This document shows positions 17,820 to 28,901 of a stretch of DNA of 64,000 nucleotides, piece by piece. The notes under the pieces are model-generated. The model saw only the letters and a list, made by a program, of their open reading frames with translations. It did no database searches and was not told where the DNA came from. The first letter of the stretch is position 1, and each line of letters starts with the position of its first letter. Position numbers and translations under genes: made by a program. Source of the DNA: Promethearchaeota archaeon (GTDB lineage: Archaea; Asgardarchaeota; Lokiarchaeia; Sigyniarchaeales; SOKP01); assembly GCA_019058445.1 (NCBI GenBank), contig JAHPZA010000006.1, positions 640,001 through 704,000 of the forward strand, read 5' to 3'.

Positions 17820-18926
17820 ATGTCGGAAAAATTATGGCAAAAAGTGGCGAAAATACTAGTTAAAGCTGGTGGAAATCCTCTTTTTCAAGCCAATGACACT
17901 ATGATTACGCTTTTCAAGACTTTATTAAATGAAGAACAAGCAGAGTTCCTCTTGAATTTCAGAAATCCTAAAATGACATTTGCTAGATTAAAAGAAAAAA
18001 CCGGGATGGAAGATAGAGGATTAAGCACAATGCTCAATTCTTTAATGGATGAGGGAATCATCTTTGATATGCCTAAAAAAGATCCTAATAATTCAGAATA
18101 TCATCTATTGGCGCCCATTCCTGATATTTTCGAATATTCTTTGGTTAAAAAAAATACGACAGAAAAAAGGAAGAAACTTGCGAAAATATACGATAAAATC
18201 CTTGAGGAGGCAGGTGAATTAACCCACAAAAACTATGAGACTTTGTTATCCATATTTAAAGATAAAATGCCCGCTTTTACAAGGATTCTACCAATTGATA
18301 AGGAGCTTATTATTCCAAAAGAAGAAACCTTACCATTCTTCGAAGCCTCGAAAGTTATTGATAGGTATGATACTATCTCATTATCCCAATGTCCTTGTAA
18401 GCTAGATAAGGAGCTTTTAGGTGATCCTTGCAAAGCGACAACAGATCATTTTAGATGCTTACATTTTGGGCACATCGGGCGTTATTTTATTGAACATGGA
18501 TTTGGTAAACCAATCTCTAGAGAAGAAGCGAAAAAGGTGTTATTGGAAGCAGAAAAAGATGGTCTTGTTCATAAAGCTTTTCATTACGATTTTGATCTTG
18601 ATAAAGAAGAAAATGCGATATGTAATTGCTGCAAATGTTGTTGTATTATTTTTCAAAGTTATTATCGAGGTATATGGCCGTACCATACTAAAAGTTCATA
18701 CATCGCAGAACTAGATGAAAATAAGTGCAAAGGTTGTGGAGCGTGCGTCGAAAAATGCCCTATAGAAGCAATAACCTTGATAGATGGAAAATCTCGTACT
18801 GATAATAACAAATGTTTAGGTTGTGGAGTGTGCGTGAATCAATGTCCGGAAAACGCTAGAGTATTAAGAAAGACAGACCTTAGAAGCGTATTTATCCCGA
18901 TACCCAAAGTTGATAGTTCTAATTAA
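17820..18926 (+). CDS. 4Fe-4S dicluster protein with N-terminal HTH-like region and Cys-rich CNCCxCCC domain
   Basis: CPCK, CNCCKCCC, CKGCGACVEKCP, CLGCGVCVNQCP. Paralog of 61833..62942. Confidence 0.9.
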   Translation: MSEKLWQKVAKILVKAGGNPLFQANDTMITLFKTLLNEEQAEFLLNFRNPKMTFARLKEKTGMEDRGLSTMLNSLMDEGIIFDMPKKDPNNSEYHLLAPIPDIFEYSLVKKNTTEKRKKLAKIYDKILEEAGELTHKNYETLLSIFKDKMPAFTRILPIDKELIIPKEETLPFFEASKVIDRYDTISLSQCPCKLDKELLGDPCKATTDHFRCLHFGHIGRYFIEHGFGKPISREEAKKVLLEAEKDGLVHKAFHYDFDLDKEENAICNCCKCCCIIFQSYYRGIWPYHTKSSYIAELDENKCKGCGACVEKCPIEAITLIDGKSRTDNNKCLGCGVCVNQCPENARVLRKTDLRSVFIPIPKVDSSN

Positions 18927-19045
18927 TATTATGAGTTTACCCAATACAAGCTTGAAAAGATTTGAGAAAAAAAAAGAAAAAAATAAAGTACGAGATTCAA
19001 ACTATATCACGCTTCATAATTATCAAATTTTAGACCACGAAAAAA

Positions 19046-19558
19046 TTACTTGAATGAGATTTCAAATATGCAGGTTTTGTCTGCATTGGGTCTGTTTTTA
19101 ATGTTTTGTACTTTGATATTAGGATTTATTTTTTTAAAATAATTCTCATGAATTTTAGTGCAGCCATGGATACATGATACTTCTGCGGGATTCCCCTCTA
19201 TGCATATATATTCCTCTAAATTCATTTGTAACATAGAATTCCAATTCGGGCAAGTTTTATACTCCCATTTCAATGAATCAGGAGTTTCTTCTAAATTTCT
19301 AATAACATAGCCATTTACTTTGCAAACTTGCGTAAGTACATGTTTTGCTTGTTCAATATCATTTCCTTCAGGTTCAATGAGCTGATATAAAAGATCAACA
19401 GCAGGAGGGAGTAAATCATCCCACATTTCCAATTCTAAATTAATGATTTCTTTAGGTCCCAACCTTTTGTAAGCATACCAAGACCACCCATTAGAAATAT
19501 TATAAAGCATTTGAAGTCTTACCATATCAGCCATTTTTTTTGTTAGTTCTCTTACCAT
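19046..19558 (-). CDS. Hypothetical protein, ATC-hydrolase/V4R-like Cys-containing domain
   Basis: CPNW...C..GC...INPNIKV...CIFEI pattern. Confidence 0.6.
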   Translation of the reverse strand: MVRELTKKMADMVRLQMLYNISNGWSWYAYKRLGPKEIINLELEMWDDLLPPAVDLLYQLIEPEGNDIEQAKHVLTQVCKVNGYVIRNLEETPDSLKWEYKTCPNWNSMLQMNLEEYICIEGNPAEVSCIHGCTKIHENYFKKINPNIKVQNIKNRPNADKTCIFEISFK

Positions 19559-19753
19559 ACATTTTCACTCTCTATATTTTTTTGATACTATTTTCGCCAA
19601 ATAACTTAATTTCTATATAGATGATTAAGTTTATTTTTCATTTCTATTTAATTTCATTTAATTCATCTTAATATACAAATTTAAATTAGTAGTGACAACA
19701 TAAAAGTAATCATTTATATGCTAAAAATGAATTAAATCAAAATTTTAAAAATT

Positions 19754-21145
19754 ATGACAGAAAATACAGAAGAAACGAGTGAAATTAATCATTCCACTTT
19801 AGCAATGTTATCGTTCAATTGTTCTTTTTTTGGAACGCAGTTAATTAGTCTCATATATAATTCCCGTTTAATTTTTTTCTATGAAATTGAGGTTGGATTA
19901 TCTATTTGGCTAATAATGCTTGGTTATGCAATTTATACAGCGTGGGATGCATTCAATGATCCCTTCATGGGGCACCTTTCGGATCGACCAAACAGGTTAT
20001 GGAAAAAATACGGAAAACGCTTCCCATGGATTTTTGGTTCTTCAATTCTCCTATGTATGGCATTTTTCTTGATATTCATTCCACCAGATCCTAAAGTGAA
20101 TGAATGGGCAACATTTACATGGTTTTTATGCGTGCTTTTCTTGTTTGATGGTTTACTCTCCATATTGATGATAAATCGAAGTGCTCTATTACCAGATAAA
20201 TTCCGAACTGATAAAGAACGTAAAAAATTAGCCGGATTTTTTGTCCCCTTCTTTACTATTGGACTCATAATAGGAATGATGCTTCCTCCCTTGTTCATAA
20301 CTTACGGAGATAGAACTTCATACGTTTTTATGGCAATCATCGCGAGCATTATAACTGTCATTTTCCTTATATTATCTTTTCCAGGCATGAAGGAGGATGA
20401 CATAATGATAAAGCGTGCTTTTACTGCTGCTCAAGAGGAAAAAACCCCCTTTTTTGGAACGCTAAAAAAGGCATGGACGCAAAAAAATTTCAGGATATTT
20501 GTCTTAAATAGAATACCCATAATGGCTGCTAGCATTCTTTTTGTTGTGAGCACTCCCTATTATGTACGTTATGTTTTGAAAGGAAAAGCCATCATGGAAA
20601 TTTATCTTTACGCCGCTTACTTAATTCCTGGCGTGCTTTTGGTACCTTTATGGATGAAAGTAGGAAAAAAGATGGGATATGTGAAACTTTACCCAATATT
20701 ATGCTTTTTAATTGGAATTGCATTCTTATTTTCAATATTTATATTTGAGATTGTATCCGCAGTGATTTGTGTCTTATTTTTGGGTGCGTTTTATGGAGGA
20801 TTAAATACCATATCGTCCCCAATTGATGCAGAAATGTTTGATGAGGCTGCGGTATTACATGGAGAACGCAAAGAGGGCACGTATTATGGACTACAATCAG
20901 TAATTGGAAAGGTAGGACAAGTACTCTACATAGTTATCTTAGCAATAATCCATACTTTAACAGATTTTGATCCAGAACGAGGCACGAACCAAACAGATTT
21001 AGCAATTTGGGGGATTCGGCTTCAATTTGGATTACCTACGGCAATCTTCATGTTTATTGCCGGATTTGTTTTTTGGAAGTGGTGGGATTTAAAACCTGAA
21101 AAAGTAGCTCAAATCCATGAAAAGTTAAAGCAGATGAATCTTTAA
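19754..21145 (+). CDS. MFS transporter, GPH (MelB-like) family
   Basis: WDAFNDPFMGHLSDR, GKRFPWI, ERKEGTYYG; 12 TM. Confidence 0.92.
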   Translation: MTENTEETSEINHSTLAMLSFNCSFFGTQLISLIYNSRLIFFYEIEVGLSIWLIMLGYAIYTAWDAFNDPFMGHLSDRPNRLWKKYGKRFPWIFGSSILLCMAFFLIFIPPDPKVNEWATFTWFLCVLFLFDGLLSILMINRSALLPDKFRTDKERKKLAGFFVPFFTIGLIIGMMLPPLFITYGDRTSYVFMAIIASIITVIFLILSFPGMKEDDIMIKRAFTAAQEEKTPFFGTLKKAWTQKNFRIFVLNRIPIMAASILFVVSTPYYVRYVLKGKAIMEIYLYAAYLIPGVLLVPLWMKVGKKMGYVKLYPILCFLIGIAFLFSIFIFEIVSAVICVLFLGAFYGGLNTISSPIDAEMFDEAAVLHGERKEGTYYGLQSVIGKVGQVLYIVILAIIHTLTDFDPERGTNQTDLAIWGIRLQFGLPTAIFMFIAGFVFWKWWDLKPEKVAQIHEKLKQMNL

Positions 21146-21177
21146 AGTTTTTATTTTTTTTTATTTTATATTTTTTA

Positions 21178-22479
21178 GTGAATATAAAAATGGTTGATTT
21201 AGAAGCTATTTATAAGGAAGTGGACGAACTATCCCGTGAAAAAGTAATGGAGATAATGAGCTCTCTAATCAATATTGACACAACCCATCCCCCTGGAAAG
21301 ACTTATAGGGAATACGTGTCGGCTATTTCTCCTTACTTTAAAGAATTAGGGTATGAATTAGAAGAAGTAGTCATACCAGAAGAGCGTTACAAAAAATTAG
21401 CTCCCCATTTGAAAGGACCTCGAATTAATCTTGTCGGAATTAAAAATTACGGACAAGATAAAGACGTGAGCTTTTATGGACATATGGATGTAGTGCCCGC
21501 AACAAATGAAGGCCAATTAAAATGGCGTTTTCCTCCCTTTCAAGCAACTATGATAAAAAGTGGAAAAATATATGGAAGGGGTACCGCGGACATGAAAGGT
21601 TCAATGGTAGGTTTAATTTTAGCGTTGCAAATTATTGAGAAATTGAGCCTTATACCCAAATATAACATTAGAGTTTTAAATTGTACTGATGAAGAGGGAG
21701 GTCCTTATGCGGGAGTTGCGTATCTAGCCGAAAAAGGCTATGTGAAAGGTACTGTATTTTGCATGGATGGGGCCAGTACTCCTACAATCATGGTTGGTTC
21801 ATATGGATCGATGAATATAATTGTTGAAACATTTGGAAGAAGCTGTCATTCTGCTGTTAATTTTATGGGGGTAAATGCTTTAGAACAAACAGTACCCATT
21901 TTAACAGAACTGATGAAACTTAAAGAAATAGTCGAAAAACGTGAAAGTAATTCTATTCCAGGACTCCCTAGACCTGGATCGAATAGAAAGTGGAACTTCT
22001 CTCCAATGTTTAATCTTAACATCCTGAATGTTGGTACAAAGGCTAATATCGTACCCGATCACTTAACATTGCTGATAAACCGGCGAATTATACCCGAAGA
22101 AAAACACGATGACGTGAAGAAAGAAATTGAAGAAGCAATTGAAAGAGGAAAATCCAAAAGTAAATTAGTAAATGTGAAAACCACTTTCCACATTGGTTAC
22201 CCTCCAATGAAAGTCGATATTAATAGCCCAGGTAACATTAGATTGAAAAAAGTAATGTCTTTGGTTAAAAATATCCCAGAAGAAAAAATAACTCACTTAG
22301 GTATGCCGGGCAGCACGGATATGGGGCTTGTCAATAAAATACTAAATACGGAGGACATTGTCGTATATGGCGCAGGATATGGCGGATCTAATGGACATGG
22401 AGTGAACGAGAACATTCGATTAAAAGATTTGAAAACTTTTATCAAGGAAATAATTCTATTTTTATGTCACGATATTTAG
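21178..22479 (+). CDS. M20/DapE/ArgE-family metallopeptidase
   Basis: GHMDVVP, IYGRGTADMKG, DEEGG, HGVNE. Confidence 0.92.
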   Translation: MNIKMVDLEAIYKEVDELSREKVMEIMSSLINIDTTHPPGKTYREYVSAISPYFKELGYELEEVVIPEERYKKLAPHLKGPRINLVGIKNYGQDKDVSFYGHMDVVPATNEGQLKWRFPPFQATMIKSGKIYGRGTADMKGSMVGLILALQIIEKLSLIPKYNIRVLNCTDEEGGPYAGVAYLAEKGYVKGTVFCMDGASTPTIMVGSYGSMNIIVETFGRSCHSAVNFMGVNALEQTVPILTELMKLKEIVEKRESNSIPGLPRPGSNRKWNFSPMFNLNILNVGTKANIVPDHLTLLINRRIIPEEKHDDVKKEIEEAIERGKSKSKLVNVKTTFHIGYPPMKVDINSPGNIRLKKVMSLVKNIPEEKITHLGMPGSTDMGLVNKILNTEDIVVYGAGYGGSNGHGVNENIRLKDLKTFIKEIILFLCHDI

Positions 22480-22753
22480 AGCTTTAAATTTTTTTTATTA
22501 TTTTAAATATATGCTCTACTTGAAATTATCATTCAAATTTTGTGAAATGTGGAAATAAAAATAAATATCAAATAAGCCAAATATTGTAATAAAATTATTA
22601 ATACAAACCTTTTAGACTATCAAAATTCCAAATAAAACTATGCAAGTGATTAAAAGATAATATAGAAATAAACCGTTGAAATAGTGTTGATATTTCTTAA
22701 AAAAAAGAGATATTAATTAGAATTTCTATTAAACTGTAGGTAAAACTAGATTT

Positions 22754-23368
22754 CTAATAATCCCCAACGTATTCAATAACAAGTTGATGACATTCCTCTC
22801 CAGGATCCATATCAATAGAATCATCCCATCCGTTAAAGCAATTTAATTCAAAATAATCATCACTATCGCTAGAAATATAAAATTCAGCATTAATTGTATG
22901 AATCGAATATGTTGGATGAATAAATTCTAATTCTTCATCGATCACTCCATTTTTATAAAGATTAAGATAGTAAGAATGAGCTGGATTACAACCCGTCAAA
23001 ACTAACCTTAAGGTTATTCGATATAATCCATTTTTAACTAGGTAGTATCGAGTATTATTATGATTCAAGATAATATATCCGCTATTGTTAAATAGATTAT
23101 TTGCTGCTGAAATTAGCCAATTCCAATTATCTGAAAAAGGAGAATAACTTTTGTTCCTTTGAAGATGCTCCCATAGTCCAACGACGAGCCCTACTGTTCC
23201 CGGAGGTCCTGTTGTTCCATCATCTCCATCATCTCCCTCTTCTCCCTTTAGAGCTCCCGTCTGAACTAGCATAGCAGAGTAGGCTCCAAAAGCTAATCCA
23301 CTTGCTCCGATTATTACTCCTAGAAGAGCTAACACTATTAGATTATTTTCTCTCATTTTTGATTTCAT
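22754..23368 (-). CDS. Membrane-anchored protein with a short collagen-like repeat and a C1q/TNF-like beta domain
   Basis: N-terminal TM; GEEGDDGDDGTTGPPGTVG; GLYRI...LYKNG...DYFEL pattern. Confidence 0.65.
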   Translation of the reverse strand: MKSKMRENNLIVLALLGVIIGASGLAFGAYSAMLVQTGALKGEEGDDGDDGTTGPPGTVGLVVGLWEHLQRNKSYSPFSDNWNWLISAANNLFNNSGYIILNHNNTRYYLVKNGLYRITLRLVLTGCNPAHSYYLNLYKNGVIDEELEFIHPTYSIHTINAEFYISSDSDDYFELNCFNGWDDSIDMDPGEECHQLVIEYVGDY

Positions 23369-23620
23369 ACCTCTAATTTAAAATTTTAATTTGTTGTTAA
23401 ATTGGATTTGTAAGTGAAGGGTAATTAAAATTTAGATATGTTTCTATTTATATCTATTTTTGACCTAAATGTCCAGAAAATATCATTAATTCTTAGAAAT
23501 CAAATAACATATGGATTAAAATCAGGTTTTTCTTAATTTCTTCCAAAAATTTGGGATCTTCTATATATAAAAGATTTAATTGTAAATATTTTAAAATTTG
23601 TTGAATCCTATTTCTGCTTT

Positions 23621-24943
23621 TTATGTTTTCAAATGGCGTTCAAATTCGTATTCAGCGGGATCTATTGTCATAAATACCCAAAAACTAAGAAGTTGTACTC
23701 CTACGCAAAAAATAGCAACAACGAAATATATTGAAGTAAAATCAGCACCATATAAAGCAAGTAAAATAAATATCAGCCCTCCAATAAAAGCCCCAATCAT
23801 CATCCCGAAATTAGTCGCAGAAATAGTAATTGCGTAATATGTAGCCCTCATTTCAGGATATCTATTTGACATATCTCCTCTAATTGTTTGATTTGCTACA
23901 GTTATAATGTAATTACTAAAAGCAAAAGTAATATAGCCTATAATGCCCCCAACCAAACCTATGAGGAATATACTGAAAAACAGCCAAGGAATGTAAACTA
24001 AATGTCCAATATATACCGCAAGTCTTCTATTTTTATCTGCAAGCTTCCCACCGATCAAAGTAGCGGACAGGATCCCTATAACTGCTAATACACTGAAAAA
24101 AAAGCTAATTAAATATAATTCAAGCCCCTCATCGGATAATAAATACGTTACAGTCGTTCCCTCAAGCTTGATTAATCCAAGAGTCATCCATACGAGGAGC
24201 CCATAAAAGGTACCAATAATAATACCATCAATCCTATCAATAATAGAGAATGTAAACACTTTCCAATTTTCTTTTTTACTAAAGATATTTTTTACCTTTT
24301 TCCATACGTATATTTTTTTACTTGATATCAGCTCTTCTTCAATAAAATATGGAGTAAAACAAACAATTATCATTAAAATACCTTCCATCATGAACAACCA
24401 AGGAATTGGTAATGATAATATAATAAAACTTATTCCAAACAGATAACCTCCTGCCATTTGACCTAACATATACATACCTATTGTCCAACCTTGCATGCGA
24501 CCAAGCTTTTCTTTAGGGGTAACATCGAGAATTAGTCCATCAATCGCAGTATCTGCTACTGCTAAACCTATATTTATTAGAACTCCGTAAAGCATGAGAA
24601 AGATATACAATAACGAAACATCTAAAGGTAAGTAAAATCCCATGATAATCCACCAAATACCACAAAAAGTTCCAAAAATACAAATAAAAGGAAATCTTCG
24701 TCCAAACTTTTCTGAAATCTGGTATTTATCATTGATCATTCCTATGAAAAACTTTAAACTCCATGGTAAAACAGTCAAAGCAGTTATCATGAATAAAAGA
24801 GCCTCATCTAATCGGCGAATATTGACAATGAGATAAAATGCAAGAGTAATCCCCCAAATTCCATGATGAAGTCCCTGAACTAAATAAAATGAAGAAAAGA
24901 TGAGGCTATTTTTAGTGTATGGTTTGATCTTATCATCATTCAT
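23621..24943 (-). CDS. MFS transporter (AmpG/BT1-like)
   Basis: YLVQG, PWSLKFFIGMINDK, GRRFPF, DTAIDGL. Confidence 0.88.
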   Translation of the reverse strand: MNDDKIKPYTKNSLIFSSFYLVQGLHHGIWGITLAFYLIVNIRRLDEALLFMITALTVLPWSLKFFIGMINDKYQISEKFGRRFPFICIFGTFCGIWWIIMGFYLPLDVSLLYIFLMLYGVLINIGLAVADTAIDGLILDVTPKEKLGRMQGWTIGMYMLGQMAGGYLFGISFIILSLPIPWLFMMEGILMIIVCFTPYFIEEELISSKKIYVWKKVKNIFSKKENWKVFTFSIIDRIDGIIIGTFYGLLVWMTLGLIKLEGTTVTYLLSDEGLELYLISFFFSVLAVIGILSATLIGGKLADKNRRLAVYIGHLVYIPWLFFSIFLIGLVGGIIGYITFAFSNYIITVANQTIRGDMSNRYPEMRATYYAITISATNFGMMIGAFIGGLIFILLALYGADFTSIYFVVAIFCVGVQLLSFWVFMTIDPAEYEFERHLKT

Positions 24944-25286
24944 TTTAATGCACTCTCCATAGTTAATATTTGGTCTCTTATAGTATTTATAGAATTGTTT
25001 CTATCTGGTAAAGAAGAATATCAACCATGCTATAATATAAATAAGACAAAAAATTATGATTGCAATGAGGCAAATTCTGGTAAATGGATTAGATCGCTTA
25101 AACTTAAAATCTTTATCTTTTTCATTCAAACTTTAGCACTTCACTTTCTTTTAATTTATTTACTAGACGTTATCTACAAAGTATTTATTATAAATCCAAT
25201 TAGTAAATATTTAATGATTTTATTTTGTTATTATTCTAAATAAATCTGATAATAACTAAAATATATTATTTACCAGGAAAATTAAG

Positions 25287-25907
25287 TTGAAAGTGGTATG
25301 TACATCTGATACACATGGAATGCACAATTATTTGAAAATTCCCGATGGAGATCTTTTTATTTTTGGAGGAGATATATCTGAAACAGGTCGTATCGAAGAG
25401 CTAATCGAATTTAATCAATTTTTAGGTGAATTACCTCATAAATATAAAATCATTACTGACGGAAATCATGACTTATCTCCTGAGAAAGTTTCAAAATTGA
25501 TTACAAATGCGTATTATTTGCAACATGAATTACTCGAAATTGAAAATCTTAGAATTTGGGGAACTTCATGGCAATTTTGGTTGTCTGATCAAATACAACG
25601 AAAAAAAACTCAAGCTAATCCCCTAGAATTTTGGAAAGAAGTTCCAGCTGGAATTGATATTTTAATAACTCATTTTCCTCCTTATGGGATTGGTGATTTA
25701 ACAAGAAGTGGAAGCCACTTGGGATCGAAGGATTTGCTTTCTGCTCTCCGAAGAATAAAACCTAAATATCATATTTTTGGCCATGTTCATGAAGGTTATG
25801 GAATTTTTAAAGAAAGCTTTAATAACTTTGAAATCACACTAATAAATGCTTCCGCCATCATCGGATTCGGCTCCAAAATGAATCCTCCGATTGTATTTAC
25901 GCTCTAA
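25287..25907 (+). CDS. Calcineurin-like metallophosphoesterase (MPPED-like)
   Basis: SDTH, GGD, GNHD, LITHFPP, HIFGHVHE. Confidence 0.92.
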   Translation: MKVVCTSDTHGMHNYLKIPDGDLFIFGGDISETGRIEELIEFNQFLGELPHKYKIITDGNHDLSPEKVSKLITNAYYLQHELLEIENLRIWGTSWQFWLSDQIQRKKTQANPLEFWKEVPAGIDILITHFPPYGIGDLTRSGSHLGSKDLLSALRRIKPKYHIFGHVHEGYGIFKESFNNFEITLINASAIIGFGSKMNPPIVFTL

Positions 25908-25992
25908 TCTTTCTATAATATGTTTTCTATTAACATATTTTCTTAGGTAATCATAATAAAATTTAATTTCTTTAGTTCCTTATTTTTGAACT

Positions 25993-27228
25993 ATGTCTAA
26001 TTCCGAATTTTATAACTTTGTAATCTTAGGTGCGGGTCCGGCAGGGTTGACAGCTGGTATCGTGGCAGCAAGAAATGGATTTAGTGTTGCAATTCTGGAA
26101 AAGGGAGAGAGAGCAGGTCCTAAGCCCCGTGGTGAGGGAATGGCTCATGGAAAAATTGTAGATAATATTTTGGGAAAGGATTATCTGCCCTCAATTGGTT
26201 TAAGGTCAAATGGAGGACGAGTTTGGCATTCCCCAGGAGATATCCACACTACTACCACCTTCCGAGAGTATCCACACTATTTTTTTGAATGGCGGGAATT
26301 TATTGATCGATTTGTCGATGTTGCTCAAGAGTTAGGGGTAAAAATTCTTTTAAAAAGCGAAGCTACAGAACCAATTGAAAAAGATGGTATTTGTATAGGA
26401 GTTAAATATAAGGATGCGAGTGGAAGCATAAAAGAACTCCATGGCAATGCGATTTTAGATTGTAGCGGGTATTCAGCAGTGCTTGGGAGGCATTATGGTA
26501 TTCCTTATGAGGAGGAAATCATATGTCCTATTGTAAAGTGTTTAATCAGTGAGGCGAATTTTAATATAAAAGAAACCCCTGATCTTCAGTTCTATTTCAT
26601 AGGAAATGGAGATTTGAAATATTCACCGCGATTCCCTCAATGCGTTGCTTACTTTTTTCCTCTAGCAAATAAAAGAGCTGAAGTAGGATTAATGCTACGT
26701 ATGGCACAAGCTCGCAGTATGAAAACAGTTACAATTCCCAGCGATGATGAAATCATGAGAGTGTGGGACGAAATTAAAAAATCATATCCCGGATATAGTG
26801 TATTTTTCAAGGGAGCAAAAATTGACTATGAAGAATTAACTTGGCTTCCAAATGCTAAAATGGTTGAAAATTATGTTCCAATTCCAGGTGTAGTTCTTTT
26901 AGGTGATAGTGCCGCATTTGTCAATCCCTTTGGGTCTTCAGGACTTCTTTATTCAATGGAAATGGCAAATTTCTGGGTAAAAATGCTTTCGGAAGACTTG
27001 AAAAACATTTTAGTACACGAAGAAGAGCTTTCAGAACTTAATAAAATGTTATTTGAAAAAACGGACGAATATAAGCAAAATTTCGAAAACTTTGAAGTGT
27101 ATGAGCAGGTAAAAGGGTATTATAATTTAATAGGTGCATTTGAATATAAAATCTTTAATCGATTACGCACAGCCGAGAGAATTAATAAGAAATGGGACTA
27201 TATCGCATCGCTTCTGAAGAAAGCGTGA
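25993..27228 (+). CDS. FAD-dependent oxidoreductase, geranylgeranyl-reductase family
   Basis: ILGAGPAGLTA, LEKGE, LLGDSAAFVNPFGSSG. Confidence 0.85.
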   Translation: MSNSEFYNFVILGAGPAGLTAGIVAARNGFSVAILEKGERAGPKPRGEGMAHGKIVDNILGKDYLPSIGLRSNGGRVWHSPGDIHTTTTFREYPHYFFEWREFIDRFVDVAQELGVKILLKSEATEPIEKDGICIGVKYKDASGSIKELHGNAILDCSGYSAVLGRHYGIPYEEEIICPIVKCLISEANFNIKETPDLQFYFIGNGDLKYSPRFPQCVAYFFPLANKRAEVGLMLRMAQARSMKTVTIPSDDEIMRVWDEIKKSYPGYSVFFKGAKIDYEELTWLPNAKMVENYVPIPGVVLLGDSAAFVNPFGSSGLLYSMEMANFWVKMLSEDLKNILVHEEELSELNKMLFEKTDEYKQNFENFEVYEQVKGYYNLIGAFEYKIFNRLRTAERINKKWDYIASLLKKA

Positions 27229-27264
27229 ACATTTAAATATAATAAGAGAAGGGAGAACATAGTT

Positions 27265-28059
27265 ATGAGCAAACTCATTGATGAATTAATGATAGACAAC
27301 ATTCGTACCGAGGGCTGTTCCATAGGAAAGGGTCTTGATAGAATAAAGATCTTAGATAAATATAATTTGCCATATGATAAAAAGGCAGACAATATTATAA
27401 TAACCGGATGTGTGGTTATATCAGTACTCCCTAAAGTTATAAAATCTTTAGCAAATATTTTCGATAAAAAAGGTTTATCTTACTCTTTTTTGTCAAAAGA
27501 ATATTGCTGCGGGAATTATCTTTATCGTCCAGCAATTAAAGCTCGTGACCAAGAAGCAATAACTGAATGCCAAATCCTTTCAAAAGAATTTATATGGAAA
27601 AATATAGAGCAAGCTAAAGAGCTTGGAGCAAAAAGATTGATAATCTTTTGTTCTCCTTGCTATCCAATTTATAAGCACGCATTTCCAGATGAAAATATTA
27701 TTTTTTACCCTGAAGCAATACATGAGGTCATGGAAAAATATAAATTCGATAATTCTATAGATTATTATGCTGGGTGTTATCGCTTACATAAAAGATTTTC
27801 TCCTGTTCCTATGGATTTAAAATCCACTAATAAGATATTTTCAAAATTAGAGGGGCTTAAAATTAACCGTATTAGCGCACCAGTATGTTGTTATAAACCC
27901 GAGGGACTCGAACACATGATTGAACATGTAAAAACAAAACAGATGATACACATCTGTACCGGTTGTTATAGTCAAGCATTAAAAATGAAACGTAAAATAA
28001 AGGAGGTAAAAATTTTAATGCTTCCCGAACTCATTGAGAGAATTATAAGCAAAAATTAA
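27265..28059 (+). CDS. CCG-domain (HdrB/GlpC-like) Fe-S protein
   Basis: TGC...EYCCG...CSPC and AGC...VCC...CTGC. Confidence 0.8.
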   Translation: MSKLIDELMIDNIRTEGCSIGKGLDRIKILDKYNLPYDKKADNIIITGCVVISVLPKVIKSLANIFDKKGLSYSFLSKEYCCGNYLYRPAIKARDQEAITECQILSKEFIWKNIEQAKELGAKRLIIFCSPCYPIYKHAFPDENIIFYPEAIHEVMEKYKFDNSIDYYAGCYRLHKRFSPVPMDLKSTNKIFSKLEGLKINRISAPVCCYKPEGLEHMIEHVKTKQMIHICTGCYSQALKMKRKIKEVKILMLPELIERIISKN

Positions 28060-28063
28060 TAAG

Positions 28064-28840
28064 TTATTCTATTTGCCCAGCTTGTGGTTTAATGTATCCG
28101 AGATATGCACAAACAATCCCTAGAATGGCAAAAGCCCAAGCTAAAAAATAAAATATTGTAAATCCAGGAATCTCAAATACTAATATGAAAATTCTATCTA
28201 TTAAAAAATTTAAAAATATTAACATGTAGCTTAAAGCCATTAAAGTGAGAGAGAGAAATGCCTGTCTATAAATGGATTCTTCAACTCCTTTATATGCTTC
28301 AATTGAGCGGTACATGAATGCGATATAAATCATTGACATGAAAATTAATGTTAAGAGAAAGGCAATTGCATCAAGTAATACAGCCATAAAACCATGGACT
28401 GGTTCATATATAACCAAGTCATAAAAAGCAGTGAAACAACCAAAAATTATTACGATATATTTTTGATTTTTTTTGTAATCTTCTTGAAATATCTTCACTT
28501 TAAAGTTATATGATAACAAAATGGCAATACAGACTAAAAATTCACTCACTCTAAAGCTTAATATTCTAAAAAAAATCCAGCCTAATGGAGAATAGGGCTC
28601 CACTACCAAGTCTAATCTTAAAACTACAAACACTTTCGAAAGCAATGAAAAGAATATAGCAAGAGTATAAATAAGAAAAATTACCAATAACCTCAAGGTG
28701 AGATCATGCCGTTTTTCAAGATACTTAAACATAATAAGAATTAAAAGAATAAGTGATATTACTAATACAATTGATTCATAGATCATCCCAATAAAAAATA
28801 AATTACGTTCTTCTTCTCCACTAATTTGAAAGAATAGCAT
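28064..28840 (-). CDS. Lokiarchaeal multi-pass (~7 TM) membrane protein
   Basis: About seven hydrophobic segments, C-terminal YLGYIKP. Confidence 0.75.
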   Translation of the reverse strand: MLFFQISGEEERNLFFIGMIYESIVLVISLILLILIMFKYLEKRHDLTLRLLVIFLIYTLAIFFSLLSKVFVVLRLDLVVEPYSPLGWIFFRILSFRVSEFLVCIAILLSYNFKVKIFQEDYKKNQKYIVIIFGCFTAFYDLVIYEPVHGFMAVLLDAIAFLLTLIFMSMIYIAFMYRSIEAYKGVEESIYRQAFLSLTLMALSYMLIFLNFLIDRIFILVFEIPGFTIFYFLAWAFAILGIVCAYLGYIKPQAGQIE

Positions 28841-28901
28841 TAATTAATTTTAACGAAGTATGATTTAAAAAATGAAATAGTTTTCAAACACTCCAACGAA
28901 T

